From a virus (Duplodnaviria; Caudoviricetes): a DNA stretch of 64,000 nucleotides. The stretch lies in the IMG/VR virus record IMGVR_UViG_3300020048_000083, positions 1-64,000 of that record. The stretch is one strand, 5' to 3'. The notes beneath the pieces were generated by a model that did not search any database, was not told the origin of the DNA, and worked only from the letters and a program-made list of their open reading frames with translations. Shown here in pieces: positions 26,301-36,569 of this stretch. The position numbers and the translations under genes were made by a program. Every line of letters begins with the position of its first letter. Positions within the stretch are counted from its first letter, which is position 1.

Positions 26301-29081
26301 AATATCTGTACTACCAGCTATAGATGCTATGGTAGGGAAATACATGTAATCTGTTGTTGTAGAAGACGTCATACCAGTAGTGGTACCATAATTAGCATGC
26401 GCGGCTTCCAGCACGTTTTGCTGGCTCGCATAATGTCGGTAGAAGTCATAACTGTCTGCACTGAAATAGCCGCCTCTGGTTAAATATGAATGAGCCTTAT
26501 CAGATAGTTTAGCCTGTGTGAGAAAAATTATATTATTTCCATGCAGGTCTGGGCTTAATACACCGTCACAGTGAAATACGTCCAAATAACCGCTTGGGGA
26601 CGGCTTCAGGGCTTCATCTTGGAATTCTGACCCATCTGTACCAGTCCAGCCCGTAGAGCTCCTTAAACCGTGCTTATACTGAAATTTTGTGGTTGTTATA
26701 TTTGCATTAGCATATTTTCTCCCAGCAAGAAAAATTGTTGTGGCTGGAATAAATTGTTGAAGTAACTTAACCCAATACGTATCAAACGTATTCATAAAAC
26801 TTAAAGTCTTAACATAATCTATGGCTTTAAGGTTTAAAGTACCTGCATAATTCAGGTAATCCCAGTAAATTTTACTTAATACTGGGTATGTTTTTATAAC
26901 CTTTCGGTTCTTAGGGTCGACCAGTTTACTGGTTATCTCCCTGATGTAATCATTGAACGTTAACTTAGAAGGTTCAACCGTCGCAGTAGACGTAGATATG
27001 TCATAATCATACTTGTTGTAGAATGAATACACATAATAATCTAACGTCATCTGGCTTGAAATAGCCGCGTCAGCCTCTTTCGAGTTTATGACCAATCGGC
27101 TATCCTTGATAATGTAATTGGTATCGCGAAGTAAAAAATCGTAGGACTGTTGAGTTTCGCCCGTAACTACTACCCAAGATTTTTTATTGTCTATGGTGCG
27201 ATTAAGATCAAACGCTTTAATAGCACCAAACTTGCGGAACGTATCTAAATAGGTTTTACCGTTATCATAAGCTCCTATGTTTTGCGCGTTATTGAGCATA
27301 CTACCACCATTAGCCTGAAAATATGTGTACGGCGGCGTTGTCGGATACCCGTCTGTATCAATAGGGTAATCGGTTATACTTTGATTGAATATATTGTATA
27401 GATCATCGTATGGTAACTGGTGATCGGCAACATAAACATACTCGTTTATATCCATAATTTCCAACGGAATACCGACCAATTCTAATGCAAATTCGATAGA
27501 TTTTCTTGTACCCTTGGACTTGAATAAATAGAATGAGTTAATGATAATGCGGCGCCATAGCTCTATGTCTATTTCCGCTGGTGTATCATCGCCCTGCCTA
27601 TCAGCCGAAACGTCAAACAGCGACTCGATTAATGTGTCGTCCTGTTCAATCTCATACGTCTTCCAGCCAAGCATATGCGCAAAGTTTTTCAGTAAAACAT
27701 CGGGCACGTTGTCAAGCTTATCGTAAGATACTTTTGTCATATACGATATACCATCGGCATACTTCTTTACATTGTCGAACATAGCCCCGTATGTCTGCCA
27801 CGTAACATATGTTTTACGCTCAGGTGTATCAAACTCCTGCAAAGACTCGGCGGTTAAGAACCTCGAAATAAGGTCTGTTTTGAACCTGTCAAACTCGTCG
27901 GCAATGAACTGAAGATCGGTTGTATATTTATCGAACGGGTCGTTAAAAATATCCAAATTGTAATCATCATACATCGGGAATCGCATTGTCTGCGGTATAA
28001 TTTGGAACGTACCATCTTCCAGTCGGTGCGGAACATCCAATACGGCGGTATATAGTGGGTTACTCTTAGGGTTTAGTAAGTATGCCGTTAAATCCGACGT
28101 TGTAGAATAAAAATCATCCCACACCTTCTTTATCGGCTTGATATAAAAATTAGTATTTGCGGTTCCATTGACAGAAACAACGGAAGCAAATGGATCACCC
28201 TGTACAATAAGAACCAGCCCGTTAGGGTCATTCCTACGCGTAGGTAAAACGACGCTTACAATCTGGTACGATGCCCCGTTGTAATATACTTCATATTTTT
28301 TATAATTCTTAGCAAAATTACGCAACGGAGATATATATTCCTGCTGAGTTGCGGTTAAACCCGTCTTGTAGTAATCTATGGTAAACGGGTTGTTTATGGT
28401 AGCTATGCGTACCTTGAACATAGCCGATCTACCCTCGTTCTGTGAAAAATAATCGAATACCGATGTTTCTGTAATAGAAAACGGTACAACGTGCATAGAC
28501 GCTGGGAACGTTTCTGCGATTTCTTGTAAGGTAACACGAAATCTTTCCGATAATGACGCGTATGTAACATACTTTTCAAGATTAGATTTATCAAACCTAA
28601 CCTTGGCTGTCACATTTTGTGTTACCTGAGCCTTTAGAGCCTCAATGCCGTCAAACGTAAAGTCTAAACCAACATAACCCTTTTTACTGTCAGCCAGAGT
28701 AAATATAGCGTCCTGTTTTTGGTTAATACTTGTTGTAATAGTAAAGTTACCAAGAGTAAAGATAGGATCACCAGCAACAGCGTCCGTCTGTGCAAATTGG
28801 TACCCGACTAACTTATCACCAAAAACCTCTTTACCCTGCGCCACAATCTCTCCCTGATGAATAGTGAGTTGCGTAGCCTGCTGGTAATCGGCGGCAGTAG
28901 CACAAGGTATGTACTTAATTGTACCATTTACCAAATATGCCCGATACCCGTCAAAGCCCCAGATTTTAGCTTGGTTAACGGCTTCTGCGGCTGTATCAAA
29001 CATATACTCCAACAGTGGGTCTGTTGAGTATGTGGTTTGGTTTACCATACTAAAATCAATACTCCCTAAATCAGTATTCAT
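23322..29081 (-). CDS. Very large virion protein (1919 aa), baseplate wedge or tail-associated
   Basis: ORF track. Central DNVPDVLLKNFAHMLGWK...WRRIIINSFYLFKSKGTRKSIEFALELVG resembles phage tail P2-I/baseplate wedge motifs. The C-terminal half is beta-rich and Thr/Gly-rich. Confidence 0.7.
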   Translation of the reverse strand: MNTDLGSIDFSMVNQTTYSTDPLLEYMFDTAAEAVNQAKIWGFDGYRAYLVNGTIKYIPCATAADYQQATQLTIHQGEIVAQGKEVFGDKLVGYQFAQTDAVAGDPIFTLGNFTITTSINQKQDAIFTLADSKKGYVGLDFTFDGIEALKAQVTQNVTAKVRFDKSNLEKYVTYASLSERFRVTLQEIAETFPASMHVVPFSITETSVFDYFSQNEGRSAMFKVRIATINNPFTIDYYKTGLTATQQEYISPLRNFAKNYKKYEVYYNGASYQIVSVVLPTRRNDPNGLVLIVQGDPFASVVSVNGTANTNFYIKPIKKVWDDFYSTTSDLTAYLLNPKSNPLYTAVLDVPHRLEDGTFQIIPQTMRFPMYDDYNLDIFNDPFDKYTTDLQFIADEFDRFKTDLISRFLTAESLQEFDTPERKTYVTWQTYGAMFDNVKKYADGISYMTKVSYDKLDNVPDVLLKNFAHMLGWKTYEIEQDDTLIESLFDVSADRQGDDTPAEIDIELWRRIIINSFYLFKSKGTRKSIEFALELVGIPLEIMDINEYVYVADHQLPYDDLYNIFNQSITDYPIDTDGYPTTPPYTYFQANGGSMLNNAQNIGAYDNGKTYLDTFRKFGAIKAFDLNRTIDNKKSWVVVTGETQQSYDFLLRDTNYIIKDSRLVINSKEADAAISSQMTLDYYVYSFYNKYDYDISTSTATVEPSKLTFNDYIREITSKLVDPKNRKVIKTYPVLSKIYWDYLNYAGTLNLKAIDYVKTLSFMNTFDTYWVKLLQQFIPATTIFLAGRKYANANITTTKFQYKHGLRSSTGWTGTDGSEFQDEALKPSPSGYLDVFHCDGVLSPDLHGNNIIFLTQAKLSDKAHSYLTRGGYFSADSYDFYRHYASQQNVLEAAHANYGTTTGMTSSTTTDYMYFPTIASIAGSTDISGAHIITATSGVTFDENLGVGYYAGLVSTGTTGSIKIVLAALPTSGDTLYPLIDLMVFGLRNVPINANEYYEAECDIMFDTQVSGNTAYSYVGIMPLFTGSTTPDGYVTDRDLMEGSFGAKLYDKYNWIHVKTKFRTNKQHVHIGILAKDVSYSGECTLRLKDFKVTKSPTNINFITPPPLPHVCYYDYDGYRAPLLTGMITNPEFLFATTSWMLPLSPNQIDFSVTEDLATALFDESVNNGIKLFSMRNNTYTTTPEKDTLYYCSYDLDIIYTGSAIDYQDQPTIYVHPFCNDINNETLASYPFKFKGDLTHGKTKFECYYYPTSISASTETVVVIQNETPLTANYTVNLSNFVLAKVDAYYISDSGVLFWYKQPHAFGYSMNTNPLAPEYAVGGTAGAWAIPFIPTGMTGQTGDVSGMYDQYVGNRSGLTTGMTTPLMHVNTTYVDKFDLDTTNSTIDINLTQTCGLGYQFYLTGTTLPTLCITPRGSTIENQLFMSGALDFQFEGFYPLTGSTLAGLGPFYSSKTVYGIYANVGTDDIPCPKNVNTRLPIINSYGSNWEYLRADSGYTSTHHHIPDDFHTELPTVSLANRTNNNYLIVNRYNLIKVEASLIYNSDIDTEQTVIIKLMGANGFVYNQKSYIVGGSANSSYSTVQSRTLDYVFEGFYYINDEIYLTVQPKSFNCAFKKEERIDCVGGYMLSGSTSSTYSHFKADKLWDGMTSKWVYTMFTGDTYQYMINNVYDTIRFTPSGVSGHTSAPTEVYDFEHEYYMAFVSGKTISDTGRTITLMSNAIDRSQFYNGNAFLYGVYQLPAPFTGVTWTGYTDNGTPVPDQSNTLTGTTYSIMRKSYVKVYESDVTGIDSRLEQLLVAFYKKDGYLYFRDGYNKYFFDDPINRFYTASDATSREVFAYGSATAQYESDGIHLVYDFAKDLAGYPITGEFIGRLTAKDPCGNFVTIYMLLCTNVKSNASVIKFNTVSTSQAQAVITTQSE

Positions 29082-29986
29082 TATTTAATCACGTTAGCTC
29101 GGCTTTTATTGTAATCTATTTCTGTTCTGCGTTTTCGAACTTCAAAAAGTTTGGCACCAGTATTATCCCTGACCTCATACAGGTCATACTGCGCAAAGAT
29201 GTTGTTTTCAAAATCGTACAATGTGTAAATACCATCGTCAATTGACTTGCTTTGTTCGCCATATAGTGCAATGTTCAAGGTTTCCATATCGTAGTCAACC
29301 ATTTCAATTTCCATATACATTGGGTTGAAATTGGTGTTGGTGATAATTACGGTCTGACCCTTCTGACCAATGAACGGCGGCGAAGTTGGCTTATAGCTTG
29401 GGGCTATATTTGGCGTAACCGTCACAAACAACTTGGTACCCGAATTGGTGTACTTATACCTAATCGTTTTCTGATTGGCGTTTGAGCTTGTTTCGGTTAC
29501 AGCCTCAGCTAAAAATGATGAAGTTACTATACGGAATAGGTTTGGTATTTTTGCCTTATTAGACGGCGATATGTACTCGATGCGATACCCATCCAGACCG
29601 TTATTAATAAACTTTGTTACAAATTCTGTTGGAACAGCCTGTGTATCAAATACTAATCCAGCAATGTCTGGAAACGCAGCTAAGCTACCGCAATCCTCTA
29701 TGGTCATACGTATTTGCGCTGGACGTATGTAAACCCCATAGATACCTTTTTTCGTGAATATACTATTAGGTAGCTCTAAGTTGTACAAACCACCCATAAT
29801 TTCGACCGTTGACACGGCGCCAGTGGAACTGACGTTGAATAGTGGTTTTATTACGTCCGTACCAGCAAACCGCTGGAACGTTTGTTGCTCACCTGCGTTG
29901 CGGCTTGCGCTATATGCCACTATTACCTCAATATCTACTGGGGCAACATCGGCTGGTCTTTTTGTACCGTAAACTCCTACTGACAT
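29081..29986 (-). CDS. Hypothetical structural-block protein (301 aa)
   Basis: ORF track; TAATG overlap with the downstream gene. Confidence 0.75.
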   Translation of the reverse strand: MSVGVYGTKRPADVAPVDIEVIVAYSASRNAGEQQTFQRFAGTDVIKPLFNVSSTGAVSTVEIMGGLYNLELPNSIFTKKGIYGVYIRPAQIRMTIEDCGSLAAFPDIAGLVFDTQAVPTEFVTKFINNGLDGYRIEYISPSNKAKIPNLFRIVTSSFLAEAVTETSSNANQKTIRYKYTNSGTKLFVTVTPNIAPSYKPTSPPFIGQKGQTVIITNTNFNPMYMEIEMVDYDMETLNIALYGEQSKSIDDGIYTLYDFENNIFAQYDLYEVRDNTGAKLFEVRKRRTEIDYNKSRANVIK

Positions 29987-30000
29987 ACTATTAATATTTT

Positions 30001-30609
30001 TTAAATTATTCCGCCGCTATACAGTTTAAAGAATCCGAACCCAGTTTTCTCTAATTCCTGTATATTGGTAACTGTTTTTAACCGTTTAAACGATTCAAAG
30101 ACGTTATTTACACCCCTATTGATAAATAGATTACTATCCAGAATTGGTTCATCAATTATACCCCAGTGCTGTAATATAAATGCTGTTCCACTCGGATACC
30201 CTGTCGCTTTAGGCACTTTGTACCTATAAGTGGTTACCCCGTTCTTCTCTTCGTACCAAATTGACGGGTACTCATATTCATCGGTTGTACTTTGTGGGTC
30301 ATAGTCATCCACCAAATACATCCTGTATGCTTTATACTCTGGATCGTCAGCTGTTATAACCGCTTTAATATCAGTCCCACGAATAGTTACTGTCTTTCCT
30401 ACGGCATAATCTTTGGCTGCAAAAGACTTTAATATAAACGATAATTTGCTGGTTGTAGTACCAGTAATAAAATCAGTTAAATCTGTATAGTCTACCGACT
30501 CGGTTGTGCCAGATAACGGCTTCAACAAGCCCATAGCCTTGCCGTCGCATTCTAACGGTATGATAAACGATACCTTATCCGTTAGCTTATTTATGTTCAT
30601 CTGTATCAT
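30001..30609 (-). CDS. Hypothetical protein (202 aa), structural block
   Basis: ORF track; coupled to the upstream gene. Confidence 0.7.
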   Translation of the reverse strand: MIQMNINKLTDKVSFIIPLECDGKAMGLLKPLSGTTESVDYTDLTDFITGTTTSKLSFILKSFAAKDYAVGKTVTIRGTDIKAVITADDPEYKAYRMYLVDDYDPQSTTDEYEYPSIWYEEKNGVTTYRYKVPKATGYPSGTAFILQHWGIIDEPILDSNLFINRGVNNVFESFKRLKTVTNIQELEKTGFGFFKLYSGGII

Positions 30610-32525
30610 TATTCGCCCCCTTCATCTTCTGGCTTATTACTGCTACCGCCGTTTTTAATGTATTGAAATTGGAAGTATGGCTTAACGGTAAATGTTAATT
30701 TATTCGCGTATTCTGGTAACGTGTTACGTAAATTATTAAAATATAGAGTAACCTCGTAATCCAAATTTACATTATAATCTTTACTCGGGAACGTGTTTGA
30801 GTTACTGCACATCTGGTAAAACATAGGTTCAACATTCGCATACCCATATTTATTACCGAACAACCAGTTTATTGCTAAACTCATTTCCCCATTTGCGGGT
30901 ATCTCGGATAGGTCGTCGCCGATATACGAAATTCTTAACTGTTCACCAAGCTCCTGACCCCATATCGTAAAGTTATAATTATTGAGTGGATAAGACCACC
31001 CAACCCAAGCTGCACTTTCCCAAGGGTTCACTTTATCTTTATCCAGAACTTTTACTGCCACTGTCCTACCGTATAATGGGTTGTTACTTGGGTCGTATTC
31101 ACCTTCATTTCTCTCTGGGTACCAAAAAGAATCAAAATTAAGCTGCCTACCGTTTTCCAAGTTATAATCTGGAACGCTGGATAATATATATATAGACCTA
31201 ACACCACCGTCAGTAGAAGTAATATTTTTAAATTGACCAGTTAATCTGTTATGCCTATCCGAGCCAGAGTCGTTTAATAGCTTTATCTCAATATTTTTTA
31301 AGTAAACTGGTACGTCACCGTCATTAAATATTTTTATAGTGTCTTCGTATGTATTAACCACCCGAGCCGCGGCGCTGTTCCACTCCGACCTAAGGTCTTG
31401 AAAACTATTGTACCCAATAAACCCATTAAAGATATACGGCGCAACACCAGAATCAACGTTAAGGTCAAAATCTGTAGTAGTCGTAGATAATCTTAAATCA
31501 AAATTACTAACAGTGCCACCCGTTGTAATGGTTGTAGTTGTTGGGGTTGGTACTCCGTTAGAAACACTAATTAACGGATTTTTCTGTGCAAATGCATCAT
31601 CAAATACCAGTTCATATAGCAAAATCCTATTAGGTTTTACCGCCCATTTTTTGCTTATAGGGTCAAATATTCGTATAATATACTTTTTACTGGAATAATT
31701 TATTTTATACTCAACATAAAGCATACGGGAATCAAAACCGTTATCCAGATTTGTATTCACACTTTGTACCCAGTGCTTATTTGGTTCATACGGGTGGCTC
31801 GGCAACAGATTTATCATCCTGCCGTTTAATGCGTCCCAGAACTGAAACGAGGCATAAAACGTATCGATATTATACTTATTCAACCAATATAGATAATACC
31901 CATCCGTAGTTTCATCTAAATTAAATGTTGGTCTGTGCCAAGCACCATTTGCGTCGCCTTCTAACTGACACCACCTCGGGTTAACATATACAACATTTTG
32001 AAACAACGACTCTTGCGTAGCGGTGTACGGCGACGTATAAAAATTCATTTTAATGAAAGAGTTATATAAGTACGGCTGGGTATCAAACCTCTTAGATAAT
32101 AACTGACTTGACGGCGTACCGTCTGCATTAGGCTCAAACCAAGTTTCCTTTTGTGTGTAAAACGGATATCCGAAAGAATTCCAAAATGTTGGGTATTCAG
32201 ATACTAACGTGTTTCCTGTTATACTGTAAAACTTGCTTTGCATTTTGTCGTAATACTCTACATATGGAGTACTTAACATAGTTCGAATGTCCTTATTCAA
32301 CCTTATGTCAATACGTTTATGGAAAAATATATCAAATATCAGTTTCTGATACTGAGATTTGAATGCCGTCATTTCGTAATCGTTTATCTGCTGTATTTCG
32401 CCGTCCAATACGCTTTTGACAATATCAGCCTTACGAATCTCTTTCATAGAGTCGTCGTAGTCAGACGTTAGGTTGAACGGTAAACGAACAAATCCAAGGC
32501 TTTTATTTATTTTATAATTTTCCAT
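30609..32525 (-). CDS. Hypothetical structural-block protein (about 638 aa)
   Basis: ORF track starts at TTG 32531; ATG 32525 gives a TAATG overlap. Internal TPTTTTITTGGT linker. Confidence 0.75.
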   Translation of the reverse strand: MENYKINKSLGFVRLPFNLTSDYDDSMKEIRKADIVKSVLDGEIQQINDYEMTAFKSQYQKLIFDIFFHKRIDIRLNKDIRTMLSTPYVEYYDKMQSKFYSITGNTLVSEYPTFWNSFGYPFYTQKETWFEPNADGTPSSQLLSKRFDTQPYLYNSFIKMNFYTSPYTATQESLFQNVVYVNPRWCQLEGDANGAWHRPTFNLDETTDGYYLYWLNKYNIDTFYASFQFWDALNGRMINLLPSHPYEPNKHWVQSVNTNLDNGFDSRMLYVEYKINYSSKKYIIRIFDPISKKWAVKPNRILLYELVFDDAFAQKNPLISVSNGVPTPTTTTITTGGTVSNFDLRLSTTTTDFDLNVDSGVAPYIFNGFIGYNSFQDLRSEWNSAAARVVNTYEDTIKIFNDGDVPVYLKNIEIKLLNDSGSDRHNRLTGQFKNITSTDGGVRSIYILSSVPDYNLENGRQLNFDSFWYPERNEGEYDPSNNPLYGRTVAVKVLDKDKVNPWESAAWVGWSYPLNNYNFTIWGQELGEQLRISYIGDDLSEIPANGEMSLAINWLFGNKYGYANVEPMFYQMCSNSNTFPSKDYNVNLDYEVTLYFNNLRNTLPEYANKLTFTVKPYFQFQYIKNGGSSNKPEDEGGE

Positions 32526-34405
32526 TAGCAAACGATTCCACTAAATTCTTCGAACGGTTTATCGTTCTTATTACTACCCAATAAAGAATCATCTAACGCC
32601 GAATTTCCTGTTGTGGCGGTATTAGACTGACTCTGTGTAAGCGTATCAGTATATGAACTAATTAAATATCCGCCAGTTAGCAAAGAATTAACCTTCGGAC
32701 TCGAATAATTTTTTATATTAAATAGCAAGTGTGAAAACACATAAAATGCGTCATTCATATACGGAAAGTCTATGCCGTTACCACCTACTTCAAAGTACCC
32801 TATTTCCAAGATATGGCGCCAACGGTACGTTTGATACTTCTCGCTGTATACGGCGTAATTAGGTATACCAAAATATATATCCCACTCTTCAACGTTGTTA
32901 GAAAATTTTCGAATCGGTATATGGTGAAACGGATTGTACCCGAACCGCATATGATTGTCCTGAATATCGGTAATATTACATATAAATGTATGTTCTATAT
33001 GATTAATTTCAACTTCTGTAAGAGTTTCATTTGTATACTCTACCAAGCTGTGGTATAGAAAATTATTAGTGTCGTTATAGTCTATATATATTCCGAATTC
33101 ATCTGTGAAATGTTCACTAACAGTCTGAATACCTTTATTACTCGAACCGCCAGTTTTTGACACATAAACGGCACCAGATCGGCGTGACCAAGCGCCTATT
33201 CCATCCTTAGCAACGTCGCCGTCCAACAGTGTAAAGTTGCTGGAAAGTAATACAAATACATTCTCTTCCTGAGCTTCATAAATCATTGATCCCTCTGGCA
33301 TTAACAGAACTTCTGCCTTGGTATTACTAAAATAATAATCTTTAACCGCATTTTGATCAAACGTACTCTGTATAAAATTGGTAAAATTAGCCTGTACTGT
33401 CGTCATTTTAAGGTCTTCGCTTACCAATTTTACAAACGTCATATATAAATCAGTAACGGGTGCTTTATTATTTGATAATACGCCCTCAAAATAACTCTTA
33501 CCCTCGTTGGTGAAGGAAAACGTTTTTTGGTTATAACTATTATTCGAATACCCGCAATTAGTAATGCTACCAATTTTTCCTACTGATTGCAATTTTTTCA
33601 TATAATATTCGCAAGGTATTTTGTTGACCAACTTTTTCACAAATATGTGTGGGGAAATTACCGACAACCAGTTTACGTTTGTCCTACCAGTTAATGAAGC
33701 ATAATATTCTGGTGTAATGCCAAGCTCAATTTCACCGTCGCCGATCTTTACATAGTTGGTAACGGTGCCTGACGTTGTAGCGCCGCTGGTAGAAGTAGAA
33801 ACCGCTATTTCTTGAAGGTATACTTTATTACCTGTTACATAAGCTACGCGGTATGTTCCGTTTTTAGATGGGGAGTCGTTATCTACGAGTGAAAGTAAAT
33901 CACCCGCTTGATAGTTATGACCTAAATACAACAGTAAACCAGTTCTGGTTTTATTATTAATAACCTCGCTCTTAATAGAAAGAGCTGGTAGCCCAGCATT
34001 AAAATCTATGGTTTTAGTAACCCCGTCAAACGTGGTTTTAATGGTATAATCTCCCCTATCAGCTGAAGTGGGTGTTGATCCCGTACTAAAGCTTAAAGGC
34101 GACATAAGAAACACATCCCAATTACCAACAGTACTAATATCAAAATATGTAAAGTCTGGTTTAACTATTGGCTGCGTGGCGAGATCGAACTTTAAATTAA
34201 CTACCTCATTAATATGACCATAAAACCTATAGTTTTTACAATTCAATTTATCTACATAAAACTGGTCAAGCTGATTTATACGTTTAAATACATTATACTC
34301 AGTATATGTTTGTTTTTCCGATTCAAGTAATACAGGCACAGTTAATCCCCTATCCTTGGCGTTAACCACTTTTTTAGACCTCAATATTTGTTCCGTATTA
34401 CTCAT
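32525..34405 (-). CDS. Hypothetical structural-block protein (626 aa)
   Basis: ORF track; beta-rich and overlaps both neighbours. Confidence 0.75.
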   Translation of the reverse strand: MSNTEQILRSKKVVNAKDRGLTVPVLLESEKQTYTEYNVFKRINQLDQFYVDKLNCKNYRFYGHINEVVNLKFDLATQPIVKPDFTYFDISTVGNWDVFLMSPLSFSTGSTPTSADRGDYTIKTTFDGVTKTIDFNAGLPALSIKSEVINNKTRTGLLLYLGHNYQAGDLLSLVDNDSPSKNGTYRVAYVTGNKVYLQEIAVSTSTSGATTSGTVTNYVKIGDGEIELGITPEYYASLTGRTNVNWLSVISPHIFVKKLVNKIPCEYYMKKLQSVGKIGSITNCGYSNNSYNQKTFSFTNEGKSYFEGVLSNNKAPVTDLYMTFVKLVSEDLKMTTVQANFTNFIQSTFDQNAVKDYYFSNTKAEVLLMPEGSMIYEAQEENVFVLLSSNFTLLDGDVAKDGIGAWSRRSGAVYVSKTGGSSNKGIQTVSEHFTDEFGIYIDYNDTNNFLYHSLVEYTNETLTEVEINHIEHTFICNITDIQDNHMRFGYNPFHHIPIRKFSNNVEEWDIYFGIPNYAVYSEKYQTYRWRHILEIGYFEVGGNGIDFPYMNDAFYVFSHLLFNIKNYSSPKVNSLLTGGYLISSYTDTLTQSQSNTATTGNSALDDSLLGSNKNDKPFEEFSGIVC

Positions 34406-36569
34406 TGAAATACCTTTCTTTTATAATGTTTAATGCGTTCTGCGTCTTATCGTTGCGACCAAACAAATAATACTTACCTTCATATAAGTTATCGGTTCCA
34501 ACCTTGTATGAAGAGTAAACACTATCTTTTACCAGATTCTGAACGGTGTCGGTAACATCGACAACTGAAGTTTCAAATAGAACTTTGCTTGACCCATAAT
34601 TTATTGATGAAACAAATAATCCAGCTGTGAATTGATCACTTACGGCTAAATTGAATCTATTATGTATAGCATTAATATTTCTATTGGTTGCCTCTGGCTT
34701 TTGTGATAATAACTGGGCATAATAATTAGCTGTGGGGACATTTTCGCCGTCCCAAGGATTATCACCAAAGAACCAAGTCTGAACCGCTGCGTGCAATGAT
34801 ATATCATTGTCCGAACTACCGCTACCCTGAGGATATAACTCATTATAAGCGTCACCCCTATTAACACCTTCCATTCTTCTCACACCAATACCGTATATCC
34901 AATCCCAAATTTTAGTTTGATAAAATGCTGTATCAGTTTTTGGATACCAAGGTATCCAAGTTACTTCATTAGAATAAATTAACGTCACTTGGTCTTGATA
35001 ATCCTGCATCCAAAAACGTGGGGCTATTAGTGTTCCAAGTAAGTTTGGTTCCAGCGATGGATTTTTACCGTCGATAGGAATGTTATATGCAAGATCGGAG
35101 TTTATCTTTGGTATATACGCTATTATACCATTCCCCGCTACATTATTTGGAGCGTACCTAACATCTATATCGCTAAATCCGTTCGCGTAAACCTTTCCTT
35201 GGTGCGGTCTAAAGTTAGTCTGCACAGTATAGAACCTTGGTGTACCAGTTAGTATATTATATTCAAATAACGTACTACCGTCATACCTGTTTGAAGTCCA
35301 TCCGCCTAACATAAGGTGCCCGTTTCGGTCAGCAGGTACCCTAATACCTACCGATAGATTACCATCAGAGCCGCCAACTAATGTTCGTCTTCCGTTGCCG
35401 TAAACTCCTTCGTAGTCGTCAAAAAATTCAAATACATAATGCCCTTTGGTAGGTACACCCCTTTTTGTTTTTGACGGAACCAACTGACCAAACTCGTCGG
35501 TAACATAATAGTCTTCATACATAGGAAGATTTAAGACAAAAACACCCGTAGGTTGTCCATTAATATCTGGTACCTGAGAATACACGCCATACCTCTCTAA
35601 TACCTGTGGCGCTAAGTGTTTATATGCTACAACCTTTAAATCCTTCGCAACTTCCTGCTTTGTAATATCCCAGCCCGCGTCACCGTTTCCAATATCCACA
35701 CTGGAATCTGGTTTAATGGTTGACCAGTAACTCATATTCAAGAATGACCCAAATAAAATTGACGTTGGCACGTATTGATAGTTTAATTCAAAGTCGCACC
35801 GTGTAATACCTATTTCGTGAAGGGTCTTGTCGCCCCAAAATGGAACCACATTAACCAGTTTGTTATCACCAAATATGTTTGGCATAGCATCCAGATCAGA
35901 CTTCACCTTTACACTATAAGTCCCACCCGTGGTTAACTCGAAATTAGGGTTGATAGCCTGTGTAAGTTCTTCACTTAATTGAGCTGAAACGGTAGCACTT
36001 GTCTTGATTTCTGTTACCAGATCGTCAGCGGTAATATAGAACGATTTAGTGTCAAATAAATCGAAGTCCATATGCACATACTGGGCTCCAAGCGGAACGC
36101 CGAAGATCATATAGTCGCCAGAGTCATTTGTTGTTGTTGTAAACTTGTAGTATTTTTCGTATATTTCTAAATAGATCGGGTAATATGTAAGGTCACTAAC
36201 ATCTGGGAAGCAACCTATCGGCTGGTGGCTAAAATTAGGTTGCTTGATCCTTGGGAATAAATTATACCGTACACCATTGGGCAGTTTATCGGCTGGCGAT
36301 TTGAACGGGTATAGCTGCGTAATTTCATTCCTCAGCTCGTCGTCACTTGTAATTGGTACGAATATACTAACCTTGGCGTTCTGTACGCCGAAACCACCGT
36401 TAACGTTGACCCTTCCTACAACCACACCGAAGTCAGCGGTCATTTGAGCATACACATCGTATGCACTGACCTTTAGACTCAGTACTTCTAACTGCTCAAA
36501 ATCTTGTTCTAACTTAAACGTAACATTTTGAGCCGTATTAAGATCAATAGGAATGCGTATATTTTCCAT
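34398..36569 (-). CDS. Baseplate-associated protein (723 aa) with a carboxypeptidase-regulatory-like beta-sandwich module
   Basis: GVVVGRVNVNGGFGVQNAKVSIF ... TTTTNDSGDYMIFGVPLG; lies immediately after the baseplate wedge gene. Confidence 0.65.
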   Translation of the reverse strand: MENIRIPIDLNTAQNVTFKLEQDFEQLEVLSLKVSAYDVYAQMTADFGVVVGRVNVNGGFGVQNAKVSIFVPITSDDELRNEITQLYPFKSPADKLPNGVRYNLFPRIKQPNFSHQPIGCFPDVSDLTYYPIYLEIYEKYYKFTTTTNDSGDYMIFGVPLGAQYVHMDFDLFDTKSFYITADDLVTEIKTSATVSAQLSEELTQAINPNFELTTGGTYSVKVKSDLDAMPNIFGDNKLVNVVPFWGDKTLHEIGITRCDFELNYQYVPTSILFGSFLNMSYWSTIKPDSSVDIGNGDAGWDITKQEVAKDLKVVAYKHLAPQVLERYGVYSQVPDINGQPTGVFVLNLPMYEDYYVTDEFGQLVPSKTKRGVPTKGHYVFEFFDDYEGVYGNGRRTLVGGSDGNLSVGIRVPADRNGHLMLGGWTSNRYDGSTLFEYNILTGTPRFYTVQTNFRPHQGKVYANGFSDIDVRYAPNNVAGNGIIAYIPKINSDLAYNIPIDGKNPSLEPNLLGTLIAPRFWMQDYQDQVTLIYSNEVTWIPWYPKTDTAFYQTKIWDWIYGIGVRRMEGVNRGDAYNELYPQGSGSSDNDISLHAAVQTWFFGDNPWDGENVPTANYYAQLLSQKPEATNRNINAIHNRFNLAVSDQFTAGLFVSSINYGSSKVLFETSVVDVTDTVQNLVKDSVYSSYKVGTDNLYEGKYYLFGRNDKTQNALNIIKERYFNE

